This document shows positions 11,558 through 23,825 of a stretch of 64,000 nt of DNA, one piece after another; positions within the stretch are counted from its first letter, which is position 1; every line of letters starts with the position of its first letter. Source of the DNA: Octopus sinensis (lineage: Eukaryota). The DNA lies in the NCBI RefSeq assembly GCF_006345805.1, contig NC_043006.1, positions 54,560,001-54,624,000 of the forward strand, given 5' to 3'. A program made the translations under genes and the position numbers. The notes beneath the pieces were generated by a model, which made no database searches, had not been told where the DNA came from, and saw only the letters and a list, made by a program, of their open reading frames with translations.

Positions 11558-12764
11558 ACTCAACTTGTGTGTCTGTGTGTTTAACTTCCCGGCACATCTT
11601 CTAGACAACAAATCGTAGAACCACCAACAATGGGTCACTTAAAGTTTAGGCGAATGAAAATTGAACTGCGCTATTTCTGTTACGAAATTCATCTCGCAAG
11701 TGCAAAAATCGATAATGTGTTTGTTTAGGCCTTATCCCATGCATTGAATAGTGAACTTTACTCAGTCAGCTGTTTGACGTGAACTGTGTTCACCACGCGT
11801 GCAAGCATGCGTAAATTGCATGAAAAATAAAAAATCAAGATATAAAAATGTATCGCTGTAAACATTGTAGAAATTCAGCAAAGGAATGAATTTTCAGGAT
11901 GTAGCCTGGAGGATTTTTTCGTATTAATCGTTTGGACTTAGTGAACACATACCAATTGTTTTCATAACATTTTTAATGCTTTGAATTAAATTTGACCATT
12001 TTGCGTTGAGTCTGCAGTTTGAATCACTTTAACCAAATTTTAGCAGGCCAGATTTTTGATCATCACAATACATCGCCAGCTACTCCCTGAAATCCCCGTT
12101 GAGAAATACTGATCTAAAAGAATAATTCAACAATGCAATTATTTGATCAACAAAAATTTATGAAACGCTTCTACGTACTTCCTATTGAGGTAATGGAACA
12201 CATAAGCGCAAAAATAGAGGGCATTAAATGCTTGATATTAAAACCAAAATAATTGAATTTTGATTGAACTTCATCCAAGTTTAGCTTAATTCGCGTGTGC
12301 ATAGAATGCACGAGCGCCCGTACGTACATTGTGTAAGAAAGTATTGATTTTACACTCGCAGATTAATTGATTTTCCTCAGTGCGATTAATAGTCACACGT
12401 GCAAAAATCATTTGCATTGCTTTGCTTACGTATGACGTAGCGTGCTACGAGTTCAGCGAGATCAGTTGTGAGTTGTAACAAATTTTTGCTTCCATTTTAT
12501 TTTACAAAAATGTAATTTTAATTGACTAAACTATCGACTATTTTTTGTAAGTAAACTAAAACCCTTTTTCAATCTTTTTTATGGAATAGTTCCATTCATA
12601 TTCGCTGTTCTGCTTATCATACTAATGCCAAAAAAACGTCGACCTACGTTACATCTGACTCGTCATCAGCTCCAGAAAACAAGAAAATTAAAACAGTCAA
12701 TTTCTGGGAGAGAAGGGCAGTCTCGGACTGCAGAATGTTCGGCAAAGCCGGGCAATACTGCTAG
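11518..12764 (+). mobile_element. Non-autonomous Helitron, about 1.25 kb, carrying a hAT-like internal fragment
   Basis: 5' A|TCTTTATATATA at 11518; 3' TTCGGCAAAGCCGGG hairpin and CAATACTGCTAG|T at 12761-12765. Confidence 0.8.
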
Positions 12765-12869
12765 TACTTTATATTGGTATGTATATGTGTATATATGAGT
12801 GAGCATGTATAAATGTGTCTGTGTGTAAATATATGTATATAAGTATATATGTGTGTGTAAAACACATCC

Positions 12870-13115
12870 ACTCTACATTGTAAAGTGGTTGGCATTTGGA
12901 AGGGTATCCAGCTGTAAAAACCATTCCAAAACTGACCTTGCTTGTGCTGGTGCCATGTAAAAAGCATTCAGTCCATTCTGCGAGGTAGCTGGTGTTAGGA
13001 AGGACATCCGGCTGTAAAAACCATGCCAAAACGGACACTGAAACCTGGTGCAGTCTTATGCCTGGCCAGCTCCTGTTAAACTGTCCAACACATGCCAGCA
13101 TGGAAAGCAGATGTT
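12870..13115 (+). mobile_element. RTE LINE 3' tail fragment
   Basis: Matches the 3' end of the RTE at 35520-35698 (GGCATCCAGCTGTA ... CCAACACATGCCAGCATGGAAAG..GTTAAATGAGGATGAT). Similar tails at about 9655-9840(-), 21880-22270(+), 24780-25140(+), 45140-45470(-), 61400-61600(-) and 63510-63680(-). Confidence 0.8.
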
Positions 13116-15539
13116 AAATGAGGATGATATATTGTCTATGTACTTGTTTTCAAGTTTCTTGATGCGAACTTGTGAGTTGAAACATGTTCCTTGGGAGGGT
13201 CATTATGCTATAATAAACACACACACTGAGATCTATTTCATTTCTTTATTATTTGTCAATTGATTTACTGTTTAGCTAATTAACTAATCAGTTCTTTGAT
13301 TAATTATTTAGTTATGTTTGCCAAATTCTTTTCACTGGCATTTGCAATTTCATTAGTAACGTGATCTCTCTACTCCAGGTCAGCTTCAGGGTTGTCTATC
13401 TTTTAGTTTTTAGGTTCTGTATTTATGTAGTTGTATGGATGTGAGAGGGTGTGGATATATGAGCATGTGCTGATGTGCATTTGAATGGCATAGTTTCATT
13501 CTGTGAATAAATGTGTTAGACGTATGTGCATGTGTGCATTGGTGTGGAATTTGTGAAAAGTGTGGATGGTAAAACATTTCTTTATATCTTTATTTTTTTC
13601 ATTAGTGCTTTTGTCTGTTTGATTGGTGTGTATATCATCCAGCTGTGTTACTTTTGTTTGGGATGGTACAACAACTGCATATTATTGGGGAGACTGCCAG
13701 GAGTATATCAGGGAGAATGGAAGTACATTAAAACAAATATTGTGATAAGAAACCTAAATATGATGGCATACTGAATAGCATAAGCATAAAGATCCATTAG
13801 CTACATCTGTATGATGCATCTTTACAATAGATATATGAAATTATGCTAATAAATTAATGGAAACCATCACTTAATAATATTTAAAAAAAACTCATAATGT
13901 AGAGACTACCTATAAACATATGTGTATATATATGCATATATTTGTATTTCCAAGTGTATATGTAAATGTATATGTATGTAAATCTATATACTTATGATAT
14001 ATGTATGTACACAACCCCTAACAGTTACAACTATTAGAAGGGAGATAATGATTTTGCTACTATAGGAAGCAGGATTATGATTGGAAATTGTAATTAAGGA
14101 ATAATAAAGAGAAGGTACATAGAATTCAGATATTTAATTTCTTGTGTTTACTTAATACAAAGTTTAAAAAAATTTTAATCTTTAGTAATCATGTACTGGA
14201 CTATTTCATTCTTCAGAAATTCTCAGTATGACATAACCTGTGACTTATTAATGGAATATTTTATGAAGTGAGACATTTCACAAATGGTTGAAATAATTAC
14301 AGTCTAGAGGAATTACATTGAATGTTTTATTTTTCTTCTTACAATATGTGAAATAGAAACCGAAAGAATAGAAAGCTTTTAGTGTTTACATACAAAGTAA
14401 TAACGGTTTCCAGGGAATTCTATCTTGTAAAAATTTTATAGTATCCATTAATTTCAGTGTTAGCTACAAACAGCTTTACAGGCTGTTTTCCAATAGATTC
14501 TTTGAAATGTAGACATTCCTTTCAAGCTATTATTTCTTAGTGGTAATCCCTCTCATGTGAAGTGGAACAAGTGTCTCTTCATAAAAACATATCAGTCAAT
14601 CATCTTCAACAGTTTAAATTGTAAAAATGCATTTTCATGAAATCATAGCTAGGAGTTTTTCAAACACACACGTTCCCCTTAAAGTTGCAGCTGTTACAAG
14701 TGAGATAACCGTGTGTGTGTGTGTGTATATGTTTACATACAAATGTGTGTGCATATATTGATACACACACACACATCTGCCTTCCATGTTGCCATGGGTA
14801 TGAATATATAGTTGCATATACATACTTATGTTTTTTATCTATCTGTACATACATGCATACATAATTTATAGGCATGTTGTGTGCTTAAGAAGTTTGCTTC
14901 GTAACAGTGTAGTTTTGGCTTCAGTCACACTGCCCATTGCCTCAGGCAAGTGTCTTACAGCTCTTCTAGAAGATGTTCATTGCAACATCTGGTGGTGGCT
15001 TGCTACTAGCCTTAGACACACTAAATAGTAGAAGAAGGCTAGTAGCAAGGCATTATATATATTGCAATGAATATCTTGTGTAAGAAGTGAAACCGGTTCG
15101 AAATTATAAAAGTTTAATAAGATATTTAGAAATTATTTGAATGTACATTGGAATCTGTCATCTTTAAAAAAAAAATTGATTGTAGTAATGTACAGGGATC
15201 TTTTCCTTTTGATGGACAGAATTCAACACAATTTCTAGTTAACTAAAACAATTTGAAACTTTGTATACTGGTAGAATGTGTCAAAAGAAAACATTATTTT
15301 CATTTGGCTTTTTTGAGAAAATTGTAATTTGTAAGTTTAACGTAGTTTAATTCTTCGAATTTTAACCAATGAATTGCCAGCATTTGAGCTCAAATCATTT
15401 GCTGCGTCTAAAAACTCAGACAACATCCTGTTGCAACGTAAACAGCACATACACACACACACGTTATACATCCTTCTCTCTTCTGTCTGTCTCACTCATC
15501 GATATTGATAAACAAAGGAGGCATGTGCTAGGAATAACA

Positions 15540-15944
15540 GCCATATCTCTTGGATCTGACACAAAAGTTCATCATTCAGAGTGGATTATCTTCCATTAGC
15601 GAGGCTTGTCAGATATGTCACATTCACCATCTTTAAACTTTTTAAACCACAGCTGACATGTACAAGATTTCATTGCATCCACATACACTTCACAAATGTT
15701 TTCCATTGCTTCTGTGTGGTAGTTTTCTTTCAAAACTCATACAGTTAGCAATGGCAAATATGTTGTTTCATAAAGTTCTTATGGGGTTAATCACTGAAAT
15801 AACTGAATGACACACTGCCAGATAGAAGAGATGATATACTATTTTTAGACAGTTCCTGCCCATTCAACCATGGCTCTGATATGATTGGTTGGTTTATATT
15901 TCAAAGTGGTGAAAAAACGCAATTACTTTCTGAACATGCTAATA
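15540..15944 (-). mobile_element. mariner transposon 5' remnant (TIR + HTH coding fragment)
   Basis: On -: TA|TTAGCATGTTCAGAAAGTAATTGCGTTTT resembles the Hsmar1/MADE1 TIR; translation TEAMENICEVYVDAMKSCTCQLWFKKFKDGECDISDKPR* resembles the mariner HTH_48 region; stops present. Confidence 0.75.
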
Positions 15945-17047
15945 TTTTGGAATATGTAGTCCTTTTTTTTTTTTGTAAAATAATTTGATTACAATAATTT
16001 GTTTCTCAATGCACATTGTTTTTGTTTCTTTTACCCATGTTTAAGTGGCAATGAACATTACTTTTTAGTATAAATCTCTAATAGAGATTTTCTTAACAGA
16101 CAAGTTTGCTTGTTGCAAAACCAGTCACTGTGTGATACTGTTTTTTCTATATATTGCAAGCTGGGTTAGATTACTGCTCTGTCTATCAGATGAGTATCCA
16201 TCACTGAATATGATCTAACAAGATCAAAATCACATGATCTGGTGGTCTCTGTTTGCAATATATATCGAGTGCAAAGCACACTGACTGGCTAGTTGGAGGA
16301 AGCATCCATCTTGGGTAAAATAGCAGAATTGTCTGTTCTTACAGAACACCCACGTCCAAGTGGTAATAAACATTTCTTCTTAGCATAAATACTGCTTCCA
16401 TCTCTAATAGAGATCTTCTTAGCGAGCTAGTTTTCTAGTTATAATAATATGCTTTAGAATTAATTTATTGCAATGTAAAAGGAAAAACGCATTTTCTAAT
16501 TTTTCCACATCTCTTGACTCGGGAATATTTTAAACCTTCTCTTTCTCTCCCCCCCTCTCTCTCATATATAAACAATCACACAACAGGCTTCCACACAGCT
16601 TTCATCTACCAAATTCATTTACCAGGCATTGGTCAGTCTCAGGCACTAGTAGTAGACAGTTGTCCAAAGTGCTCATTTAAACCTTGCTAACCTCAAGTGT
16701 GGTTAATAAATTTATTTATTGATATTACCAGCTTATAGATTGGGAAATAAATTTAATATTCTGGTCAGGAAACCTGAATAATTGATTTTCACAAGATTTT
16801 TTTCGTATGGTTCTTATTAAAATATCTTCACTTAACTGATGTAATGCTCTACTACTTTGTGAACTTCATACCATGTGTGTGTATGTATACACACACACAT
16901 ACACAAACACAGGTGTGGTTGATAATCGCACTTCCTAACCAGGTGTCTTGGGTTCAGACTCACTGCATATTACCTGGGGCAAGTGTCTTCTACTATAGTG
17001 CTGCACTGATCAAAGTGTTGTAAATGGATTTGGTGTGCGTGTGTTAT

Positions 17048-18070
17048 ATCATCATTATCATCATCATCGTTTAACATACACTTTCCATGCTGGCATGGGT
17101 TGGACTGGTGTTGTTTTATCTGCTACTTGCATGAGAGCTAGTCCGGTGGCACTGGCAACGACCACACTCAAATGTTGTTTTTCACATGCCACCGGCACAA
17201 GAACCAATCCGTGGCCCTGGCAACAATCACGCTCTGATGCACTTTTTACGTTCCACTGGCATGAGTGCCAATCAGGCAGTACTGTCATCGGCCACGTCAG
17301 CAATTTTGATTTTATTTGTGTCAATAGATCTTTGCAAGCTAAGTTTATTGTCCAATGAATGAAGGGTATTCATAAAGCGGGCTGGTTACATCCACTGGCA
17401 CAGGCTATGGTCTCACTTGGCTTGTCAGGTCTTCTCAAGCACAGCATATCTCCAAAGGTCTCGGTCACTAGTCATTGCCTCAGTAAGGCTCAATGTTTGA
17501 AGGTTGTGCTTCACCACCACATCCCGGGTTTTCCTGGGTCTACTTCTTCCACAAATTCCCTCAACTGCTAGGGTGTGACACTTTTTGACACAGCTATCAT
17601 CATTCATTCGCAACACATGACCATACCAGCGCAGTCGTCTCTCTTGCACACCATATCTGATGCTTCTTAAATCCAACTTTTCTCTCAGGGAGCTTACACT
17701 CTGTCGTGTATGCACACTGACATTATACATCCAGCAGATCATACTGGCTTCATTCCTTGCAAGCTTACGCATGTCCTCAGCAGTTATGGTCCATAGCTGC
17801 TCGTACATGGACCGTACGAACTCTCTCCCTAATTAGTTGGGCTATGACCATCATTACCTGATCCAATAACTTGATACCTCTGTAATTATTATTTGTATCT
17901 AAAGCATCACCTTTACCTTTGTAGCAGTTGACTATGGTGTTGCTACACCAGTCATTAGGTATGACTCCTTCGTGTATCACCTGGTTCACTATACGGATGA
18001 CTAGGCTATAGCCGACACCACCAAATATTTTGAGCATCTCTGCGGTGATTCTTGATGGGCTGGGGGCTTT
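17048..18070 (-). mobile_element. RTE-clade LINE, 5'-truncated and internally deleted
   Basis: ORFs 17777..18037 and 17425..17808 are homologous to the RTE at 33443-35061; they join at 17818/17819, skipping about 938 bp; (GAT)n tail at 17048-17068. Confidence 0.9.
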
Positions 18071-18559
18071 ATATATTTATGCAAATAAATAGAAAGGTTT
18101 AATAATCATACAAAGACACACACACACACACTTTCTATTTACAAGAGTGTATAGTCACACACCCATCCATGTATACATAGGTTAATAATGTATTGTTTAT
18201 ATAACAGTGTTTGAACATTCATGTACATATAGTGTATCTGAAATGCCCATCATTTTATGAAAGCATTCTTTATATTGTACATCAGTTTGATTTCCTACAT
18301 TTAGCTGCAAATTTGGAAGATCAGTGGTATGTGTCTATATTCTAACTGAAGGCTTTTGATTTAAGGATGACTATATCTTTAAAGCAAAATTTCGTTTGCA
18401 GCTCCCTACACTGCCATACCTACACCTATGTAGAGATGTGTGTGTGTATACACACACACATGTATACACTCTAACACATTGAAGGATGCCAATCTATTAA
18501 CTGGGTTAGGGTTAGGGTCATGACCCAAAACTTCTCACAGCATCACACACCCATACAAT

Positions 18560-19110
18560 CATCATACAGATGATTGTATCAGTGTCATCTTTCCTGTGAA
18601 CAACTCAAAACTTCCATTTTGTTTGTTAATATCCATCACCACTGTTATCTTAGAACTTTCCACTTCTCTAGACATCAGTCTCCACCAACCACTTTCTTAC
18701 CACAGCCACTTTCTGTCATAAGGTAGGGGCAGGAACATACATTTGCTAATCTCTACTCCTACCTTGACTTTTCTTCTTTCATGCTCACACTAAACAAGTA
18801 TCCCTCATTCCCAATTCCTCTATGTGAATAGTCTCCTACTTAAGGGTTGATTTGTTGACTGCACTTCTGCCTTCTTCCCCTGCACTTATCTTGCTTCCAA
18901 CCACATCCTTATTCACTACCCCTTGACTCTCCCTCTCTGCTCTAAGTTCTTACACACTTTCTGCTTCCTCCTGGGTGATCTTGTTACTTTCCATATCTTC
19001 TCTAACCTACCTCACTTTTCATTCAAGCATACCCACACCCTACATGATTTACTGGACTATAGCTCCTCTCCTCATGCCTCCACCCAGAGGCTTCTTTTAG
19101 TTTTCTCTTA
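18560..19110 (-). mobile_element. Degenerate LINE AP-endonuclease-region remnant (probably RTE)
   Basis: On -: AGGGTGTGGGTATGCTTGAATGAAAAG...GGAGGAAGCAGAAAGTGTGTAAGAAC resembles the RVG.LNVGT....RRKVD..CVQE endonuclease N-terminus; heavily decayed. Confidence 0.4.
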
Positions 19111-19200
19111 CCAAATCCTACTCACAAGGATTTAATTAGCCTCATGTTATAGTAGAAGGCATGCATTAAAATTGAATTGTGGTACAAGCATTTTTAAATA

Positions 19201-20888
19201 CCGTGTTTCCCTGAAAATAAGACCTGCTCCAAAAATAAGCCCTACCATGATTTTTCAAGATGTTTTTAATATAAGCCTCTAACCTGAAAATAAAACCTAG
19301 TCAAAAATGCTTCAGCTTGTTAGCAAGACCATGTCATGTTTGCAAAATAAAAGCAACTATGCATGCATGAAGTTGACTCACTTGTCCCTCAGGCAAGATG
19401 AAAGCAGAAAGAAAGAGTTATTCCGTGGAGTACAAGAAAGGAATCGTGGAAGAGTCACATAACAAGAATCTTACAGCTTTCTGTAAGGAGAAGAGTTTGG
19501 ATCTCCGAATGGTTTGAAAATGGTGAACAGAGTATGATAATCTCAGCAGACAGGTGGATGAGGGAAGTGCTAAGAACTTTAAGTGTGGATCAGGTTGACA
19601 CCTGTTATTTTCAGGGCTGGAAGATATCATGTCAGGATGGATTACTGACAGACGAACAAAGGCTTTGGTTGTACACAGGGCTGGTTGTCAAGAATTTGCT
19701 CTTGCAATGGTACCACAGTTGGATATACTCCCAGAGATATTCAAAGCATCACCTCATTGGTTGGATAATTTCTTTCGGCGATATGAGCTCTCTCTAAGAT
19801 CGACAACACTGTTCAAGCTGGAGGATGCTGAAGTGATTCAACATGCACTTGCATTCAATTCCTTTGTTTATGTCATTGACTTTTCTAAATACATTCTCTC
19901 CAGTGTAATTGTTATGGATGAGACTGCAGTATTTGTGGGCCAAGGATCTAAAATGACAATTGAACAGACAGGTGCCTCGTCAATCTACGTTGCATCAGTG
20001 GGTTACAAAAATGCAAAAGTTATTTGTATTTTAGCAATTCGTTTTGATGGAACAAAAGTCCCACCGCTTATCATCACAAACAGCAAAAAAGAGAAAATAG
20101 AACAAGTTTCAGGCATTTATGTCCTTGAAATGGAAAAGACTTGATGCACACAAGCTGTTATAAGAAAATGAGTTGATTTAACTATGCCACTTGGTTCTCA
20201 AAGAGGTCTTTTAGTTTCGGATTCAGTCAGTACTCATCACACAAAAGATATGAAAACCTTCCTTTCTGAAAGAAGAATTGACCACATAACGATTCCCACG
20301 GGAATTACTTCATATCTACAAATATTAGATCTTGTAACAAACAATTCCCTCAAGGATTATTTGCGGAGGGAAGTGAATGAATATATCGAACATAGAATGG
20401 AGAGAAATCAGTGTGGAAACTTTGTCAAACCCAACTTCCAAGAAATTGTAAATTGGGTGAAGAATTCATGGAAGAAAATTACTGACAGTTGCGTTGCCAA
20501 TGCACTACGAGTAGGGCACTTGGACAAAAAGTGTACATTTAAGGAAAGTTATATTGTCAAACAGGAGAGATCGGGGTTCATGATTCTACAGGAAATAGAT
20601 TTGCAAGAAATTCAGTCTGAAGTTAGGGGTTTGATGATTCATGACATTCCAGAAGAGGACAAAATGTTTGTACTTGACTAAAAACAATAAGCAAATAAGT
20701 AAACTTTTGATAACTAAAAACATGGGTTTCCTTTTTACAATTTTTTCCTTTTACATGAGGACATGAGATTTTTTTGTGTTTCTTGGATTTTTTCCGTAAA
20801 AATATGACACCCCCTGAAAATAAGCCATAGTGTAGTTTTGGGATGCAAAATTAATATAAGACCAGGTCTTATTTTGGGAGAAACACGG
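19201..20888 (+). mobile_element. pogo-family (Tc1/mariner) DNA transposon, full length, transposase pseudogenised
   Basis: 26-bp TIRs CCGTGTTTCCCTGAAAATAAGACCTG / CAGGTCTTATTTTGGGAGAAACACGG (23/26 matches), TA TSDs at 19199-19200 and 20889-20890, subterminal AAATAAG(A/C)C repeats. Transposase runs from ATG 19398 (MKAERKSYSVEYKKGIV) to 20681 with MDET...SDS...QILD (DD35D); in-frame stops and frameshifts. Confidence 0.92.
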
Positions 20889-22265
20889 TAAATGGCTTAC
20901 ATACGAATACACACACACTCTGCATATACAGATATACTGTGCATGTATATATGTATATAATACACATTCATGTGTAAGACATGCTTACTTATCTTTAGTT
21001 TAATCTTTGAGAAAAATGGTGCAATTTGAAATGAAACCAGCAATAAGGGGCAAATGTGAAAATTAGCTTGGCTTTCCTGAATTACTGAAACTAATAGGTA
21101 AATGCTCTAAAATAGGTGTATCATTCCCCACCCTATAACTTTATCACTTTTTATTTTGTTTTCAAAATGCTTTTTTAGTGCCTAAGTGAATATCAGAGAT
21201 TCCCTGTTAAATTTCATTACTTTACACGCACACATATATATATATATACAAATTTGACTGTTTTAATCTTCTTCGACTCTTGTTGTACAGCATCCTTACA
21301 TCTCTATTCATAAATTTCTCTCCTAAAAATTTTCAAATAAATAATCATACTTTTAAAAAATTTTTACTTATTTAAAACATTTATTCAAAATAAGAAATTC
21401 TTCCAATAATGCTTTCTTGAGGTAAATGTTTTTAATTGTGGTACTAAGAAATTAAAACTATATAATAATCTTTTCTACTAAAGGCACAAATCCCAGAATT
21501 AGTCAATTACATCGACTCCAGATTTCACTGATGCTTAATTTATTGACCCTGAAAGATGAAAGGCGCAGTCAACTTCAGCAGAATTTGAATTAAAAACGTA
21601 AAGACGGGTGAAATGCTGCTCAGCATTTTGCCTGGCATGATAACGATTCTGCCAGCTTGCTGCCTTAAGCTACTCTGTAATAATAACCTATTTCATATTA
21701 TTTGTTTTAGTTATGTGTTATAGGAGGACTGGGCTTATGTAAGAATTTTTTAAACCCTTTCCTACCATTCTATCATATTTTGCTCCCCCACCAAAATAGG
21801 CTTCCAGTTTTCAGTTCTGAACATGGGATGTTGAGCGCTAAGAGCACCATCTGAGCGTGATCGTTGCCAGAGCAGCAAACTGGCTTCTGTGTCGGTGACA
21901 TGTAAAAAGCACCATTCGAACGTGATCGCTACTAGCGTTGCCTTACTGGCACTTGTGCTGGTAGCACGTGAAAAAACATTCGAGCGAGGTTGTTGCCAGT
22001 GCCTCTGGACTGGTTCCTGTGCAGGTGGCACATAAAAGACACCATCTGAGTGTGGCCATTGCCAGTACCACCTGACTGGCCTTCGTGCCGGTGGCACGTA
22101 AAAGCACCCACTACACTCTCGGAGTGGTTGGCATTAGGAAGGGCATCCAGCTGTAGAAACTGCCAGATCAGATTGGAGCCAGGTGCAGCCATCTGGTTCG
22201 CCAGACCTCACTTAAATCGTCCAACCCATGCTAGTATAGAAAGCGGCTGTTAAACGACGATGATG

Positions 22266-22308
<43 letters not shown>

Positions 22309-22440
22309 TATATATATAACATACAATAAGATATTATAATATATTAATATATATTAAATACATTAGAATATAGGTGGCTATAGCAATTAAAACCATAAAA
22401 GGTAAAATTAATAAATGAGGGTGCAAAATAGCACCTACGT

Positions 22441-22603
22441 TTGCTAGAATGAGAGCTAAAATTTAACTCGAACAGCCACACAAAAGAACTATTCTCATGA
22501 AATAGTCGGGACTCACAGAATGAAGTAGTTTGATAAAACCTTATCACGTGATTTCGAAATTTGATCAGTATGATCTTGTTTCTCATTGTTTTGCTCTTGC
22601 TTA
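22441..22603 (+). repeat. 163-bp segment with an inverted copy at 28522-28685
   Basis: TTGCTAGAATGAGAGCTAAAATTTAACTCG...GCTCTTGCTTA is the reverse complement of 28522-28685, with about 8 differences by manual alignment. Confidence 0.95.
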
Positions 22604-22779
22604 CTACAGAACAGACTTCCGTCCATTAATTCCTCTTTCAAATACATTCAAAGAAATATTGGTATCGTTGCTTGCTTTTCATAAAATGTGACCGTTGAAC
22701 ATTACTTGTGTTGACCTTAAAAATTTTATTTCGATAATGATGATGTACATATTCAGTTTTTACACATGGGCCCAGAAAA

Positions 22780-23100
22780 CAGAGGTTTTTAGAAGAGTGG
22801 AAAGAAATGAAATGAGCATGCTCCTGTTGGGTGTGTATAAATGATTCAGTACAAATGTACTGAGAGAAAGACTGAGTATTAGGGAAATTATGTGGAGTGC
22901 AAGGAAGACAATTGTACTGATATGGACATGTGATGCTTATAGATAAGGATGGTTGTGTAAAGAAGTGCTGATTACTAAATATGGATGGAGTTTGTAGAAG
23001 GAGACATGGGGCAAAGTGGTGAAGGTGGATCAGGACCTTGGACCCTATGGAGGAGATGACTGGCAATATGTGATTCCTAAGCGAACCTGCCTAACTTAAA
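22780..23100 (+). mobile_element. Degenerate RTE LINE C-terminal fragment
   Basis: Decayed match to 34700-35040 (e.g. GGTTGTGTAAAGAAGTGC, ACATGGGGCAAAGTGGTGAAG). Confidence 0.6.
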
Positions 23101-23419
23101 TGAAGTTCTGGAAGCATTGTGTGTGTGTGGGTGTAAAAATGATGGTGGTAATGCACAACTCAAGATACCCTACCACCCTTTGTGTCTAACTGCAGCTTTT
23201 CCTTGATTCTGCTAATCTATAAGCTCTTCATTTTTAATATCGTTCTCTCCATTCACACTTTGCATTGGTCTACCCTGCTCTCATACTCTCCAAATCAAGT
23301 CTCCACCACCATACATTTGTCTCTTCCTCCACACTCCACACCTGCTCCTCTCTCTTTCTTATACACTCCCTCATCCTTTCCCTCTCTACTGTATCGGCAA
23401 CACTATTCTGCTTCTCTTT

Positions 23420-23825
23420 TATTCTTTTACTTGTTTTAGTCATTTGATTGCGGCCATGCTGGAACTCTACCTTAAAGGGTTTTAGTCAAACAAATCAATC
23501 CCATGACTTATTCTTTGTAAGCCTAGTACTTATTCTATCAGTCTCTTTTGCTGAACTACTGAGTTACAGGGATGTAAACACACCAACATCAGTTGTCAAG
23601 CGATAGTGGTGGCACAGGCACAAAGACACACACGTATAAATACATACATACATATACACACACACACACACATGATAGGCTTCTTTCAGTTTCCGTTTAC
23701 CACATCCACTCACAAGGCAGCCTGAGGCTATAGTGGAAGACACTTGTTCAATGTGCCATGCAGTGGAACTGAACCCACAACCATATGGTAGGGAAGCGAG
23801 CTTCTTACCTCACAAACAGCCTGGC
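23420..23825 (-). mobile_element. tRNA-head SINE (family A) with CORE-like ACCTTGGGCAAGT segment and composite 3' domain
   Basis: Shares GGCTTCTTTCAGTTTCCGT..CCACTCACAAGG..GAAGACACTTG..CAGTGG..ACTGAACC with near-complete copies at about 43520-43835, 48930-49320 and 49480-49850, and partial copies at 14870, 16570, 16905, 24490, 46080, 46950, 50120, 53700, 55320, 58545 and 63080. Confidence 0.85.
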
